From: Eledone cirrhosa
Taxonomy: Eukaryota
DNA: 64,000 bases
NCBI GenBank assembly: GCA_964016885.1
Contig: OZ024740.1
Span: 384,834,001 to 384,898,000, forward strand
Direction: 5' to 3'
Positions 39,741 to 52,636 of this stretch are shown in pieces (positions within the stretch are counted from its first letter, which is position 1; every line of letters starts with the position of its first letter). Both the position numbers and the translations under genes were made by a program. The notes beneath the pieces are model-generated. The model was not told the origin of the DNA. It made no database searches and saw nothing but the letters and a program-made list of their open reading frames with translations.

Positions 39741-42556
39741 CTTAGATCTATAGAGAAGCAATAGCAGAAGCCAACAACTCATTATCCCGAGTATCAGACC
39801 TTGAGGATCTGGCTAAACACATACAAAACATATGACTACAGGAGCTGCTAATAGTCGTAACCTCAACATTCTTACGAAATATATAGTTTCACACGTGTGT
39901 GTTATTTACAAAATATAAAAGTAGTTATGTAAAGGATGCAGTTCTGTTACTATATCGTTAAAATCTCGTTCATTAGCTAAGGAATAACATGTACTGATGG
40001 CATGGAACGTGATGAAATTTTGTATTCTTATGTCAGGGTAATACCTCAATTTTGTATGCCGCTCCCTAGAAAAGACACAAGAGAAGACTCTCTACGATAT
40101 CACTAGACGCCAAACTTATTAAAATCACACTCAGCTATCTTAAAAAGACGGAGAACACATTGTATAATTTATTCTAAAGTATTCTATAGCTGAAAAAGGA
40201 AACAGGAATATGTCACGACTGGAAACTCTTTATTCGTGTGTTTGCTCGATAAGTTATCATTTTATGATAAATGGATGTTAAATACTTTAAACATCACCTA
40301 CGTTAAGAACTACGCTTGCAGAGAAATTGCTACTACTAACGATATCCAATTCATTTATCCAAGCTGAAAATATGTGAGTATTCCAGTTTATGGTCTAACA
40401 GTTAGGCTTAAGAAAGACGATATGAATGTATGAATGTGAAATACGAAATCCAAATTTTTCTGTGAATATCTGAGCATTCATAAACATATATCATATAAAA
40501 TTACAGAGAAAGCAATATGAAAATGTTAGTTATATATAATCCTTGCTATTGAAACTATGTGTTCTTACATGATAGATTGCGCTGACAGTATTATGAGAAA
40601 TGGTTTAGAGAAAGAAGCAAATGAAAAAAAGGATTTAGCATTCGAGCGGAAGTCAATGATGAAAGAAAATGTAATCCGAAACAAGGATTCTTCAAAGAAT
40701 GACGTACTTTATAGAAGAATGACAATGAAAATATCAGTTTGTGGTGGAAAAGATAAACCATTTCTAAGGAACATGTATAGTTTGGCCAAGTATATCACAG
40801 AGATAGACGAAAAGGCAAACTCATCTAGTGCTCAACTATCTCAATAATCTCCAATATCCTTGACAAGGTAAAATATCTCCTACATAGACACAAATCATCG
40901 GAGCTATAGAACATTGGAAGTATGGTTGTGTGACATTCATATTACGTTTAGAGGAATATGCAACACAAAATGGAGTAAATGATTATATCTAGCAATTGAA
41001 ACTGCGTTCCGAAATTGTCTCACTTATAATTTATTGATTTAGAAGATACCCACATAGCTAAAATGTTCAGTAGAATTTGAAACTGACTGAGCTTCATTTT
41101 ACTATTGGTAGTTTAACAACAATGACATCTGAAATCGGGCTTTGCAATGAAATCCGAATTTTATTTAATTTCATGTGTTAGTGAGATTTAGGAGTATTTC
41201 CAGTGCGAAACATTATCCATATATAAACGCATATACTTATATATATTAACAGTAGGCTGTGCAAAACGCTGATACATGTATTGAAGTGCGATATAAGGTC
41301 GTGAGACATGAACAGTGAATGCAGAGCATATGCGAAGGCTGAAGAGTAGTGAATCGAGCATGCTCCGTTAATATGTAATGTTGATGTGCATGAACAACAA
41401 CAAAACATGGAAGAGGTGAGAAAAGAACTGAGCATAAGAATAATACGATGTTGTGTATAGTAATGATGATTACGCTGGTACGGACATATACACGTATGTT
41501 CATGATCGCTGTTTGAAGATGTGCCAAGAATTCCAAGTGGAAGTGTAGACTAAGAAAGATATAAGCAGATGTGATGAGAACCTTCCTGAAGAAATTACAC
41601 CTCCCAAAAGAGAATATGTAGTAGTTCATTAAATTCGCTTCATAAAAACACTCTTACAAACAGCAGAAGGTATCTAAGCCAACATTTTAATTTATATTCC
41701 ATCAAACAAATGAAATAAAAGCATTTGATATGTTTACGTTTAATCTTTGTAGGTCAGGCGGAAACATGTTGGCCTGAGTCCCATTATTAGGAGAATAGAC
41801 GAAAGCTTGTTTGTGGGTTTAGGTTGGTTCATGAAACTTAAACCTACCTAATCACAGCAAAATATAGTAAGGTTAACATTTTTAGTTAAAACACAGCTGT
41901 ATTCTTTGAAAGATGATCAATTAATATCTTATCTTTAATTCTTCGTGCGGGAATTTGTCAACTCAGCATTTGGATCCAAGCAAGTAATACAACTTGCATG
42001 TCAAAAACGAACGTAGTGACCTGAGATATTTCTTGAAATAGACTGGACAGTTGCAGTAGCCAGAGTATTGCAGTTGCCATTGGTCCATACACACACAACA
42101 TATATGTATATGAGGGATATGTGTGTGTGTGTGAGAGAGGGAAGTAGAGAGAGAGAGAGGGTGTGTGTAGGTGCATGTATGTGTGTGTGTGTTTGCGTTT
42201 GCCTGTATAGCGAATCCCGACACATATTCCGAAGATGTTTTTTTTTAGTCTGGCACACACGACCACCTTAAGACTGTCCTACGATTTCAGAGCCATGTAC
42301 ATAGATAACGTTTTCTCCTATGAGGCTCACAGTATCAGGGTGTCTGGGAAGAGTACAGTTCTTACTGGACAGCCTAATATTTTGATACACAAGAAATGTT
42401 CGACCCGCATGTACATTCGACTTTCGACTCTGAAACAGGCAGATTGCTTGTTTGCCTTCAACCTTGCAATCTAGCCACATAGACAGTCACACAACTCGCT
42501 AGCCAACCCTGCGGGGATCTGTACTAGATGAAATCGTTACTAACTCAGGTTAGTGA

Positions 42557-43808
42557 ATATTACTACATTTGCACAAATCACATACTGCATCGTAGTACGA
42601 CGCAGTATGTGATTTGTGCAAATGTAGTAATATTGATGGCTTCCAGAAGCAAAAGGGCGACATATTCGGATTTGGAGAAGCTCGCGATTCTCCATACGCC
42701 TTATCAAAGATGGACACTGCCAAACTTGAAAAAGCGCTTATTCACAACCTCGATTCAGAAAGAGGCGTGGGCTTTATTAATTACGAATTGACTCACCGAG
42801 GCGCGAAACAATTGGCCGCCGCTTCTTCATCTCAAGTAAAGATGAAAGCTAAAGACCTGATCGAAAATGAGTCGGGGTCTTTCGTCAAATACAGGAAGTT
42901 GGTTAGAAAAGGCGGCCAAATACCTGAAAATATGAAAGCATGGACTGTAAGACAGGAGGAGTTGACACACGAAGGCCTCACAACCAAGGAAAATGCCAAT
43001 ATCGCCACCGACAAGTGACGAAAAAAGGACCTTGATTATCTAAAATCTGCAGTAGGTCCTTTCACTAAAAAGGAGGAGATAGATACATATATGGAGAGCG
43101 ATACAGCTTCGGAAACAGATAAAATAGAAAGGTTGTATTTAGAAATTAGATATGCAAGGGACACTTCGCTATCGATACCAAAATCCAGTAACATTTTCAA
43201 ACTGAAAAGGAATTATCGGAAACTAGATGTGGATACTTACGTGCAAAATCTGAGGGTTTATCTGGAGAAAGTCAGCTGCAAAACGGATGCTACTGTTCAG
43301 GACTTTAAAGATGCTTTAGATCACTTGTTGAACATTTATAATTTAAAATAAACCAATGATAATGTACCAATGAATCATGCATAATCATTTTTTCAAGCCA
43401 TAGACTAGAGTTAAGCTCATTTTGTCTTCGGAAATGCGTTTAAAATATGCCATTCATGAAAAATGATATATTAGTTAATATAGTTGGTTCAATAACAGTT
43501 TCCCATATCCGGCATCCTGAATTTCCGGCATATTGGATGGTCGTAATGCAAAAACAATACCATAAATGAGTTTATCGACCCCCAAAACCCTCCTTGTGAC
43601 GAAAAAATATCGAGTATAGGTGCAATAATAGCGGACTTTTCCTTCTTTTCGACCATCCTCAACTTCAGCGGGTATGTACAGGGGGGGGGGTTCCGTCCTT
43701 CGGAAACATTTTTTAGTATGATTTCAGTGAATGGTATTGGTCACTACATATTTTAAAGGAGGCCCGGTAATTGAGTCTGAAGATTTGTAAATTAACCCCC
43801 CCCCCCTA
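42557..43808 (+). mobile_element. Putative DNA transposon 3' half ending in ...ccccctaa
   Basis: Transposase-like ORF, subterminal region (tcgacccccaaaaccc) and a TTAGGG-type terminus on the minus strand. Confidence 0.45.
42614..43351 (+). pseudogene. C-terminal part of an unclassified DNA-transposase-like protein with one in-frame stop
   Basis: ORFs 42614-43018 and 43091-43351 are in the same frame, separated only by TGA (likely CGA>TGA). High-complexity protein with QKGDIFGFG, HNLDSERGVG, GPFT and RLYLEIRYARDT. Confidence 0.65.
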
Positions 43809-44481
43809 ATCGTACATGCATTTTTTTCTGTTGTTCATTGCTGCACATGATATCTAAGTAAATCATGTTACAAATAAAAACATGTAAATTAGCGATGTAT
43901 TGTTCATTTGTTAATTGTTATCCATGTGATATAAGAAAAACACCTTTCTTATGGTAATATCAATTAACGCCACAACAGGCGAGTACAACTTGTTGTTTCT
44001 TCGAAAATGACAAAGCTTCTCTCAACTCATTGCGACAAACTTCAATCTTACTCACTTCGACCAACAATCTACTCATTCAGCAACTTCACACTTCATCACT
44101 ACCCATACAAATGAACGAATCCATCACGTCAACCTCACCACAAACCAACATCAATGAGCATCGTTGCTAAATATGTTTTTAACTGTTAATACTATGATTT
44201 CAAATTCTTATGTATATTGTATAATATTTTAAAACGTTGACTAATTGTGATATGGTTAGGCTTGTTTTTCAATTGTTTCTGACATCGTTCCGGTCCATCC
44301 TCACATGATGACGATAATCGCATAATTTTGCCTTGCCAGTATTTTTCCATTTGCAGCGCACGAACAAGAGACTGATAGATTAATGTTTTCCTACAAACAT
44401 TTCACTATGCATATCGAAAACCTTATATTATTGCGTTAGGTAGATTTAAGTATAATATACACAAATACATACACACTCGCG

Positions 44482-44483
<2 letters not shown>

Positions 44484-44539
<56 letters not shown>

Positions 44540-44564
44540 TACATACATATATATATATATATAT

Positions 44565-44655
<91 letters not shown>

Positions 44656-44657
44656 AT
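44484..44657. repeat. (CA)n/(TA)n microsatellite
   Basis: Seen directly. Confidence 0.95.
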
Positions 44658-45129
44658 AAAAATAGGGAGGGAGAGAGAGAAAGAGAAATTCATACATATA
44701 TATGCGTGTATGTGATTATATAAAATGTTAACCATATAATAAACAATGAAATTGCCTATAAAATATGTACACAATTTGATTTACTTCTAATCCAAATAAA
44801 CAGAAAGCACATAAATTCACGATCTATGTTCTGTTGACAAATATTGCTATTGAATTAATGATACGATGTTTTCAAGCAGAAAACTATTGCGACGTGTACC
44901 TCTTTCTTGCAGCTACCACAGAAGTTTTTGATCATGAATGACGTTGTTAGACTCCAAAGAAACCGAGTGGTCTAAACATAAAGACAACAAGTCATGTTGC
45001 ACACTACATATAAGGCCTCTTTCGATTATGACTTACCATTAGTGTGAGCCTAGAAATCTCCACTCCAGTATTTAAGTTAAATCACGGTTTTGTGGAAGAC
45101 CATGTGTCGTCCATAGATATTAGTTATCT

Positions 45130-45340
45130 CGTTTCATGCCACTAATATTGCCCAAAGGAACGGTAAATGCCGATACAAATTGGCACCGCCACATCACAAT
45201 TCATTTTTTTTCAGCTGAGTGGACTTGAGCAACGTAGACTAAGGTGTGTTTCTAAAGGACACATCACCCGTTCTGCTAGGGAATTGAAACCTTGATCTTA
45301 CGAATATGAACCCAACGTGCGCAACTAAACCACGTACCTT
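45130..45340 (-). mobile_element. tRNA-derived SINE, second family, decayed
   Basis: cagctgagtggact.gagcaacg...aaggacac...gggaattgaa. Confidence 0.55.
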
Positions 45341-46230
45341 CAAACACTTAATATTGCATAAACATCCAATAAATATGTGATTGTTGAGCCCAAGCTCATT
45401 CCAGTTCGAGCAGGGCTATGATCAAAGGATTCTCGATCTTGACAATCCCGTCTTCTTGTATATATAATGTTTCCATTTCTTTTCAAAACAGATGTGCGTG
45501 TTATGTTTGAGATGCCTATTATTTCTAATAGGTCGAGTGACCACATAGATGCATTTCTGTGATTATTATATTTTCTCTTCAGTTGTAATAGACATGCGGT
45601 TCCATATCAAATAAAAACATATCCCAGTAATTATACATGAGTTAAGACTATATTTTTTTGGTGTTTCATTTGCTATCTCCATTCTGCTAAAAAAAAATAT
45701 GAAAATAATTTGCAAGATTTCCTGGGAAAATGTTGCCGTTTCTCCCAAATTCTAATTCTCTGATTATTAAGGAGGAGACAGCAAGTGGCATAACTAGGGG
45801 AAATTCCGCTCCTTCCCAGCACTGTATGAGCCTAATAGTTTATATAAAGGGTTTAATTATCTAGTAACCATAGTGTTCTCACCCATGAAGATCAGAAAGA
45901 GATGATACATCTGAAGGAGTTTCGCTTGTCATGCCCCAATGAGGCTTATTTGATTTAACAAGAACGTGCTCCTAGTCCAAGTGGCACCCCCTTATGTGAC
46001 AAGCATGGCACGTGCCATGCTTGCCATACCTTAGTTACGCCTCTAGAGGCAACTCTAGCAGGTAAAATGCCTGATCAATTGAGAGATGGATTATAAAGCT
46101 GAGTATTTTTCCCTACTATCTATGTTCAGACATTTTCTCGATTTTTTAAATATGACATTTCTGTGTTCTTTTTTGTACAAGTGTCACTAGTATTATTCGA
46201 GCCATTGTGTATGATAATGTCACTGTTATG

Positions 46231-46419
46231 TAGGCATTTTGGCAGTATCGGTGGAGGGTCGGACGCCATGCTTTCCAGCATAATTACGTCCCTTTACGAT
46301 CTGAGTTCAAATCCCGCCGAGGTTAACTTTGCCTTTCATCCTTACGGGGTCGATAAAATAAAGTACCAGTAATGCACTGGGTAATTGCTGGCCTTGTGCC
46401 TAAAGTAGTAACAATTATT
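46231..46419 (+). mobile_element. tRNA-derived SINE with a Meta-domain-like core, well preserved
   Basis: A-box-like tggcagtatcgg, B-box gagttcaaatccc, core gcctttcatccttacggggtcgataaaataaagtaccag. Confidence 0.85.
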
Positions 46420-46680
46420 TAACATTGTTCTTGTTCTTATTGATGTCGCTAGCCGTTGGCAAGCATCTGGTGTTTCTACGAGCAATTAGATTGCTTTCGC
46501 AAATCCAAATTCTTCAAATGCAAAGTTTAGTAAAACTTCAAGAATAATTTACAACAGCTAACTAGTTTATCAATATCAAATTGGCTTACTTCTGAGAAAA
46601 CGTTGTTAGATTGATGCCAACTGCTGCTGCTATTGTTCAGATAAGGTTATTGATCGATGAATAAGCGAGGTCGTCATCAT

Positions 46681-46683
46681 TGT

Positions 46684-46769
<86 letters not shown>

Positions 46770-46830
46770 CAGCATCAGCAACAGCAGCAGAAGTAGTAGT
46801 AGTAGTAGTAGTAGTAGCAGCAGTAGCAGC

Positions 46831-46865
<35 letters not shown>

Positions 46866-46869
46866 CAGT

Positions 46870-46925
<56 letters not shown>

Positions 46926-46996
46926 CAGCAGCAGCAGCAGAGCAGTATTATTATTATTAGTAGTAGTAGCAGTAGTAGTAGTAGTAGTAGTAGTAG
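46681..46996. repeat. (AGT)n/(AGC)n microsatellite
   Basis: Seen directly. Confidence 0.95.
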
Positions 46997-47162
46997 AGGT
47001 TGACGTGGTGGTGGTGTTGATGGTGGTGGTGATGTTATTTTGTTGTCTACAAGACAAAACAGCGTCGGTGACAACGCCAGGATGAAAAACAACGTAATTG
47101 GAGATTTACATTAAATAGATGGAAGAGGAAATGGACAAAGACAAAACAGTAGGTATAATAAC

Positions 47163-47471
47163 AACAGTAATTGTAATAAATAGTAATGATAACAAAGCAA
47201 ATTTATAATTGTTTCTACGTTTGGCACAAGGCCATCAATTACACAGTACATTACTGGTACTTTATTTTATCAACCTCGTAAGGATAAAAGGCAAAGTTAA
47301 CCTCGGCGGGATTTGAACTCAATTCCACCGAGGCTAACTTTGCCTTTTATCCTTACAGGGTCAATAAAATAAAGTACCAGTAATGTACTCAGTAATTGCT
47401 GGTCTTGTGCCAAACGTAGAAACAATTAAACATTTGCTTTGTTATCATTACTATTTATTACAATTACTGTT
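47163..47471. repeat. Inverted duplication of a SINE plus its flank (head-to-head palindrome)
   Basis: Arms of ~150 bp centred at ~47317 in the B-box; both arms include non-SINE flank. Confidence 0.9.
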
Positions 47472-48054
47472 TTTATAGTCAGCTAGGAAAAGTGTGCAAG
47501 TAGGGGGGAACGATCCAATACGGAAATTCCAAGGAAAATCATTAAAAAAACTCTGTATAAAAGATATTGGAAGCACCCTCTTTTTCATCCTGCATAGTCA
47601 GATTTGATACTTTCACACTCAACTGTCTAGCTGTTCTCAATCGTCTTTCTTGTAATCTTAAATAGTATCAACCCCTTCTCTGCGCTTACCTTCCTATTTA
47701 ATGAGGACTTCCTATTTAATGAGGAAATTTTATATTCTCAAACCTTTTAGACTTGTTCACAATACACCATCTTGCACCACAGCTATCGGGTAAACTGTAG
47801 AAATGAGTTGTGACGTCTCTAGTGCCAAGTTGAATCAGCCTTTGCTTTTCCCTTAGACAGGTGGCGTGGAAAGTAAAGATTGGAATGCATGTTAGATTTC
47901 CATGTAGCTCAAGATTTATTACATATATGTTCTAGAGTCACGTCAAAAACACAATACGAAAAAAGAAGAAAATATATACCTATTAAAAACAAGAATTGAT
48001 GACAGGTCAGTTAACATGGCGAATCAGATTGGGAAATTTTAGGCAGAATTGTTG

Positions 48055-49600
48055 TTAGAGAACGAGTCGCAGGTAGGAGGTAGCGATACTGCCGCTACGT
48101 GCTACATGCTTGATTTTTTTTTTATTTATTCTCAATTGTTGAGTGAATGAGTCTGAGCACTTGTAGAGTGGGAACATTTTGAAGTTGGGTATTTCTAATC
48201 CAGCACCTGTTGCAATGTGAATGCTTAAGGAGATTTGTCTCGTGCTTTCATCATTCATTTGCGTAATGATATTCCCTTCTGTCTTATATAAGTTTTGCAG
48301 ATATCCACAGCATAATTATAAAGAATAGGTTTTTCACAGTTGCAGGTAAAGATTTCTTTAATTCTGAAGGTTTGCCCATCCTTAAATGTGTATTCTGGTC
48401 CTTCAATTAGGTATAAACAGGTACCCCAATTTGTTTTTCCGCATATTGTAACAGTGGCATTGACGATTTGTTTGTATGGTTTCCACCGGTGAGGATATGG
48501 ATTAGTGCTTTGGGCTGTCTTTTACTTTTTAGGATCTTTTGTGTTCCTAGAATTCTTATTATTTTATATCTTTATATAAAATAGGGGAAATTTCGTAGAG
48601 GTGGTCAAACATTTCGATATTTCGGGACTGAAGGTTGACACAGATGGTAAAATATTTTCCATGGTTTTGTTTTTGTTTTCCTTAGCTTGGTAATTCGGAT
48701 TGGTGTGTCTAGGCAATATTTAATTGCAGTTATTCCATAGTCATGGGGAAAGTTTGTGGATAAGTTGACACCGTTAACGGAAATAAAAGTTGTGTGTTCA
48801 CTTACTGTTTTGGGGAGATCATTAAGCATGTCTAGGTCATCTCGTATGTAACTCAGCACATGTATTAGATGGGGCTTTAAAAAGATTTCCAGGAAGTTAC
48901 TGAGTCTGTATGTTAAGTGGTTATATCTGGTTGTCGAGTTTTTACAAGCGTCCTTATCAGTTTGTATTTGAGTATTTTCAGGTCATAAATTATGAAGTAG
49001 CCTATGTAGCCATTTTCGTTCGTGGTGAGGCCTTTGCGATACATATTTAGTAAAGTTAAAAGATTTTACATTATATTTTATTAATTGTAGTTGGTTGATT
49101 TTTCAAAGTAACTATAATCTTCTAACATTTTAAGTGCCAGATCTTTATAGCAGTCTGTTTTCATGATGACATCCGTGATACATTTATCAGCTTCGTTAAT
49201 AGTGATTTCAATGTTTTCTTGTAAATCAATTAGGTTCTTCTATTCATGTTCTGAAAAATTTGATTTTGTGTTTCTATTTCCATTTTTATTTTTCAGAGTA
49301 GAAATTCATATGTTCGCAGTAGGAATCTCGTGCTTTATTCCTTCTTTTCTTTTATTTCTAACAAGTGATTCGTCTTCATTGTTATTGTTTTCGGAGAAAA
49401 CTTCAGCTAGACGGAGTTTTCAACAGAATGACGTTATGTTTTTCATCTCGGGCAAGTTTGATGTTTGTGGGGTATACATTTCACCCCCTTATTTAATGTA
49501 TATATTTAGGTGTTTATCAATGACTTCTTTGAAAGGTTGATTACCTTCGGTTTCTCATATGTGGGGGTCATCATTTGTCCTGGTATTTTTATTTTTGTGC
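48055..49600 (-). mobile_element. Decayed Penelope-like element (RT plus C-terminal GIY-YIG)
   Basis: RT: SYIRDDLDML..LP...NLSTNFPHDYGITAIKY (48605-48859). Zn-linker/EN: CGKTNWGTCLYLIEG...F.IKEIFTC...LSIHIATG...NFKMFPLYK (48055-48455). Confidence 0.85.
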
Positions 49601-49904
49601 TGAAAAACAGATTTCGATTTCGAATGTAGCAGTTGTTTGTTGATTGTCTGTTTTGTGTGGGTCTGTAGGGGGATGTTCATACGTAAATTATTGAAGTGTA
49701 AGTGTGGTACCTGTTATAATCGTTCTAGTGCGGGGGCTCTGATGGAATTTCATGTGGATTGGATGGATTTCTTCTGAAAATCGTTGAGTTTATGTTATGG
49801 GGTGTGTGGGTGTGTCCGTTGTTGTTTTGGAGTTTGGTTCTTTGGGAGATGTTTTGTGTATTCTATATTGTAGTAATTGTTTGTTTTTCCTATTTAAAAA
49901 ATCT

Positions 49905-50167
49905 AATTCTCCATCCCGAGATTTTTACACTTGTGGCGGCAGTTCAAGAATTTGTCCTTTCATTGAGATACCTTGAAAAACCCGGTGCAGTGTAGTTGCA
50001 CTTTGACTGCATATTAGTTCGCGAAACTATACAGTCGGGACTTTGTGGAAAAGATTAGGTATATTTTGTCTATTTTCTCTCTACATTTATAATTGTTGTG
50101 TAGTCCAAATTCATTATTCTTTTAATTCTTTCAGTCATTGAGTATAACTCCTAAAGGCAGAACACCA
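49905..50167 (+). repeat. pLTR-like repeat, copy 1 (copy 2 at ~50470-51272 is interrupted by an RTE)
   Basis: ttcaagaattt.tccttt...gcgaaact.tacag...aggtatattttgtc is duplicated; both copies end gtcat.gagta.aact..taaaggc...cacc-(TA)n. Confidence 0.7.
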
Positions 50168-50236
50168 TATATATATATATGTGTGTGTGTGTGTATGTTT
50201 GTGCGTATATGTGTGTGTGGCTGTATGTGTGTGTCT

Positions 50237-50267
<31 letters not shown>

Positions 50268-50675
50268 AGTGGATATGTGTGTGTGTATGTGTGTGTGTGC
50301 GTGTGTTTGTGTGTGTGTCTTATTATTATTTTCATCCTAACTCCCTTACGGTCGAGTGAAATAGGCGGATGCATGCTGCTTCTGTAGCAAATGTATTAGG
50401 CACCGAACGTCCAGCCTTTACCTTCCTTCTGCGACCGTTATACCACGTGATAATTCCCCCTACCCCCGAAAATGTTTCACTTGTAATGGTCATTTCAAGA
50501 ATTTATCCTTTCTTTGAGGGTTTCTTGAAAAGCCGAGAGCTTCACGGCTCTGGTGCACTTTAGTTGCACATTGGCATATCAGTCAGCGAAACTGTACAGC
50601 TAGGACTTTGACGAAAAAATCAGGTATATTTTGTCAAATTTCTCTTCACATTTATAATTGTTGTAAAGCTTTAAT

Positions 50676-51185
50676 TCTTCTTCTTCTTCTTCTTCTTCTT
50701 GATAGGGTCATGAGGGCAGAGTCCTCAAATACTCCTTCTAGCGGGTCCTGTCAGAAGCATCTGTCTTCAACTGATCCGGCTGGATACCCCAGGTGAGACC
50801 AGCCATGCTCATTGATGTTGGTCGGTATCTAACCCTGAGTCTCCTGTCGGTTGGTTATACCCGTAAAATCTGTCCAGCGAATCTCTCCTGAGACATTCTA
50901 ACCACAAACCCATAGTTTCGGTGCTGTGATCTCCCAATTTGGAAAAGTAGCGGTTCTACCTGGAGTGGCTCTCTGATATCCAAACTCAGCACTCTATGGT
51001 GTAACGTTACTCCAAAGACACTTCAAAGGAACCCCATTTCGGCCGCTTGTATTTGCGATCGTATTTTTTCGGTCATTACTCAACGTTCATGAACATAGGT
51101 AAGGATTGGCACGAATACCACATTGAAGACAGTAAGTTTGGCTTTTACGCCTACCTCCCTTCTTCGGATTACTCGTCTACTCAAG
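50676..51185 (-). mobile_element. RTE LINE 3' fragment with (GAA)n tail, nested in the pLTR-like copy
   Basis: Minus strand KAKLTVFNVVFVPILTYVHE...IRSQIQAAEMGFL; same family as 8345-8625. Confidence 0.8.
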
Positions 51186-51293
51186 GTAGCCTGCGCAGGA
51201 TACGTTACATGTGATTAATTATTTTTTTAATTATCTTTGTCATCGAGTAAAACTGGTAAAGGCGTGACACCATATATATATATATATATATAT

Positions 51294-52561
51294 ACAAGCA
51301 AATTATAAACGTAAACATGTAAGTATGTTTTTTTGAAACGGTGCGCGAGTTTGAAATTAGAAATTATAAGCTTTCACAGTATTTTAGACTAAAGAAATTA
51401 CTAGCCTGATAGTGGGGTTTATAACCCTCGGAGAAATAGAAAAAGATGAGTGTTGCCGTACATGGGAGTCGAACCCACATCTTTGGTTATCCAGACCACT
51501 GTGCTACCATTACACCTATACACATCCCATCTCCATCCATTCGAATTAGAAGCTATGAACTTAGCAAGTGAATGATAAACAAGCAAATTATAAACGTAAA
51601 CATGTAAGTATGTTTTTTTGAAACGGTGCGCGAGTTTGAAATTAGAAATTTTAAGCTTTCACCGTATTTTAGACTAAAGAAATTACTAGCCTGATAGTGG
51701 GGTTTATAACCCTTGGAGAAATGGAAAAAGATGAGTGTTGCCGTACATGGGAGTCGAACCAACATCTTTGGTTATCTAGACCACTTTGCTACCATTACAC
51801 CAATACACATCCCATCTCCTTCCATTCGAATTAGAAGCTATGAACTTAGCACAGTGGTCTGGATAACCAAAGATGTGGGTTCGACTCCCATGTACGGCAA
51901 CACTCATCTTTTTTCTATTTCTCCGAGGGTTATAAACCCCACTATCAGGCTAGAAATTTCTTTAGTCTAAAATACGGTGAAAGCTTATAATTTCTAATTT
52001 CAAACTCGCGCACCTTTTCAAAAAAACATACTTACATGTTTACGTTTATAATTTGCTTGTTTATCATTCACTTGCTAAGTTCATAGCTTCTAATTCGAAT
52101 GGAAGGAGATGGGATGTGTATTGGTGTAATGGTAGCACAGTGGTCTGGATAACCAAAGATGTGGGTTCGCCTCCCATGTACGGCAACACTCATCTTTTTT
52201 CTATTTCTCCGAGGGTTATAAACCCCACTATCAGGCTAGAAATTTCTTTAGTCTAAAATACGGTGAAAGCTTATAATTTCTAATTTCAAACTCGCGCACC
52301 TTTTCAAAAAAACATACTTACATGTTTATGTTTATAATTTGCTTGTTTATCCTTCACTTGCTAAGTTGATAGCTTCTAATTCGAATGGAAGGAGATGGGA
52401 TGTGTATTGGTGTAATGATAGCACAGTGGTCTGGATAACCAATGATGTGGATTCGACTCCCATGTACGGCAACACTCATCTTTTTCCATTTCTCCGAGGG
52501 TTATAAACCCCACTATCAGGGTAGAAATTTCTTTCGTGTAAAATACGGTGAAAGCTTATAA

Positions 52562-52568
<7 letters not shown>
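51294..52568. mobile_element. 285/286-bp tRNA-containing tandem repeat: ~2 copies minus and ~2.5 copies plus, head-to-head, both ends in (TA)n
   Basis: Period 285 (51295/51580) and 286 (51849/52135/52421); inversion junction at the tagca microhomology ~51847-51851. Confidence 0.9.
52115..52185 (+). tRNA. tRNA-like (pseudo-tRNA) module; other copies at 52401-52471(+), 51454-51524(-), 51739-51809(-)
   Basis: A-box tggtgtaatgg, D-arm gtgt..gcac, anticodon arm tggt-ctGGAta-acca, T-arm gtggg-ttcg(a/c)ct-cccat; imperfect acceptor stem. Confidence 0.65.

Positions 52569-52636
<68 letters not shown>

Noticed and set aside
46657-47092. Poly-Ser/poly-Leu ORFs
   Set aside because: Trinucleotide microsatellite with no coding context
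52115-52185. Functional tRNA-Ser(GGA) gene
   Set aside because: Imperfect acceptor stem, no long variable arm, and embedded in a mobile tandem unit; treated as a pseudo-tRNA
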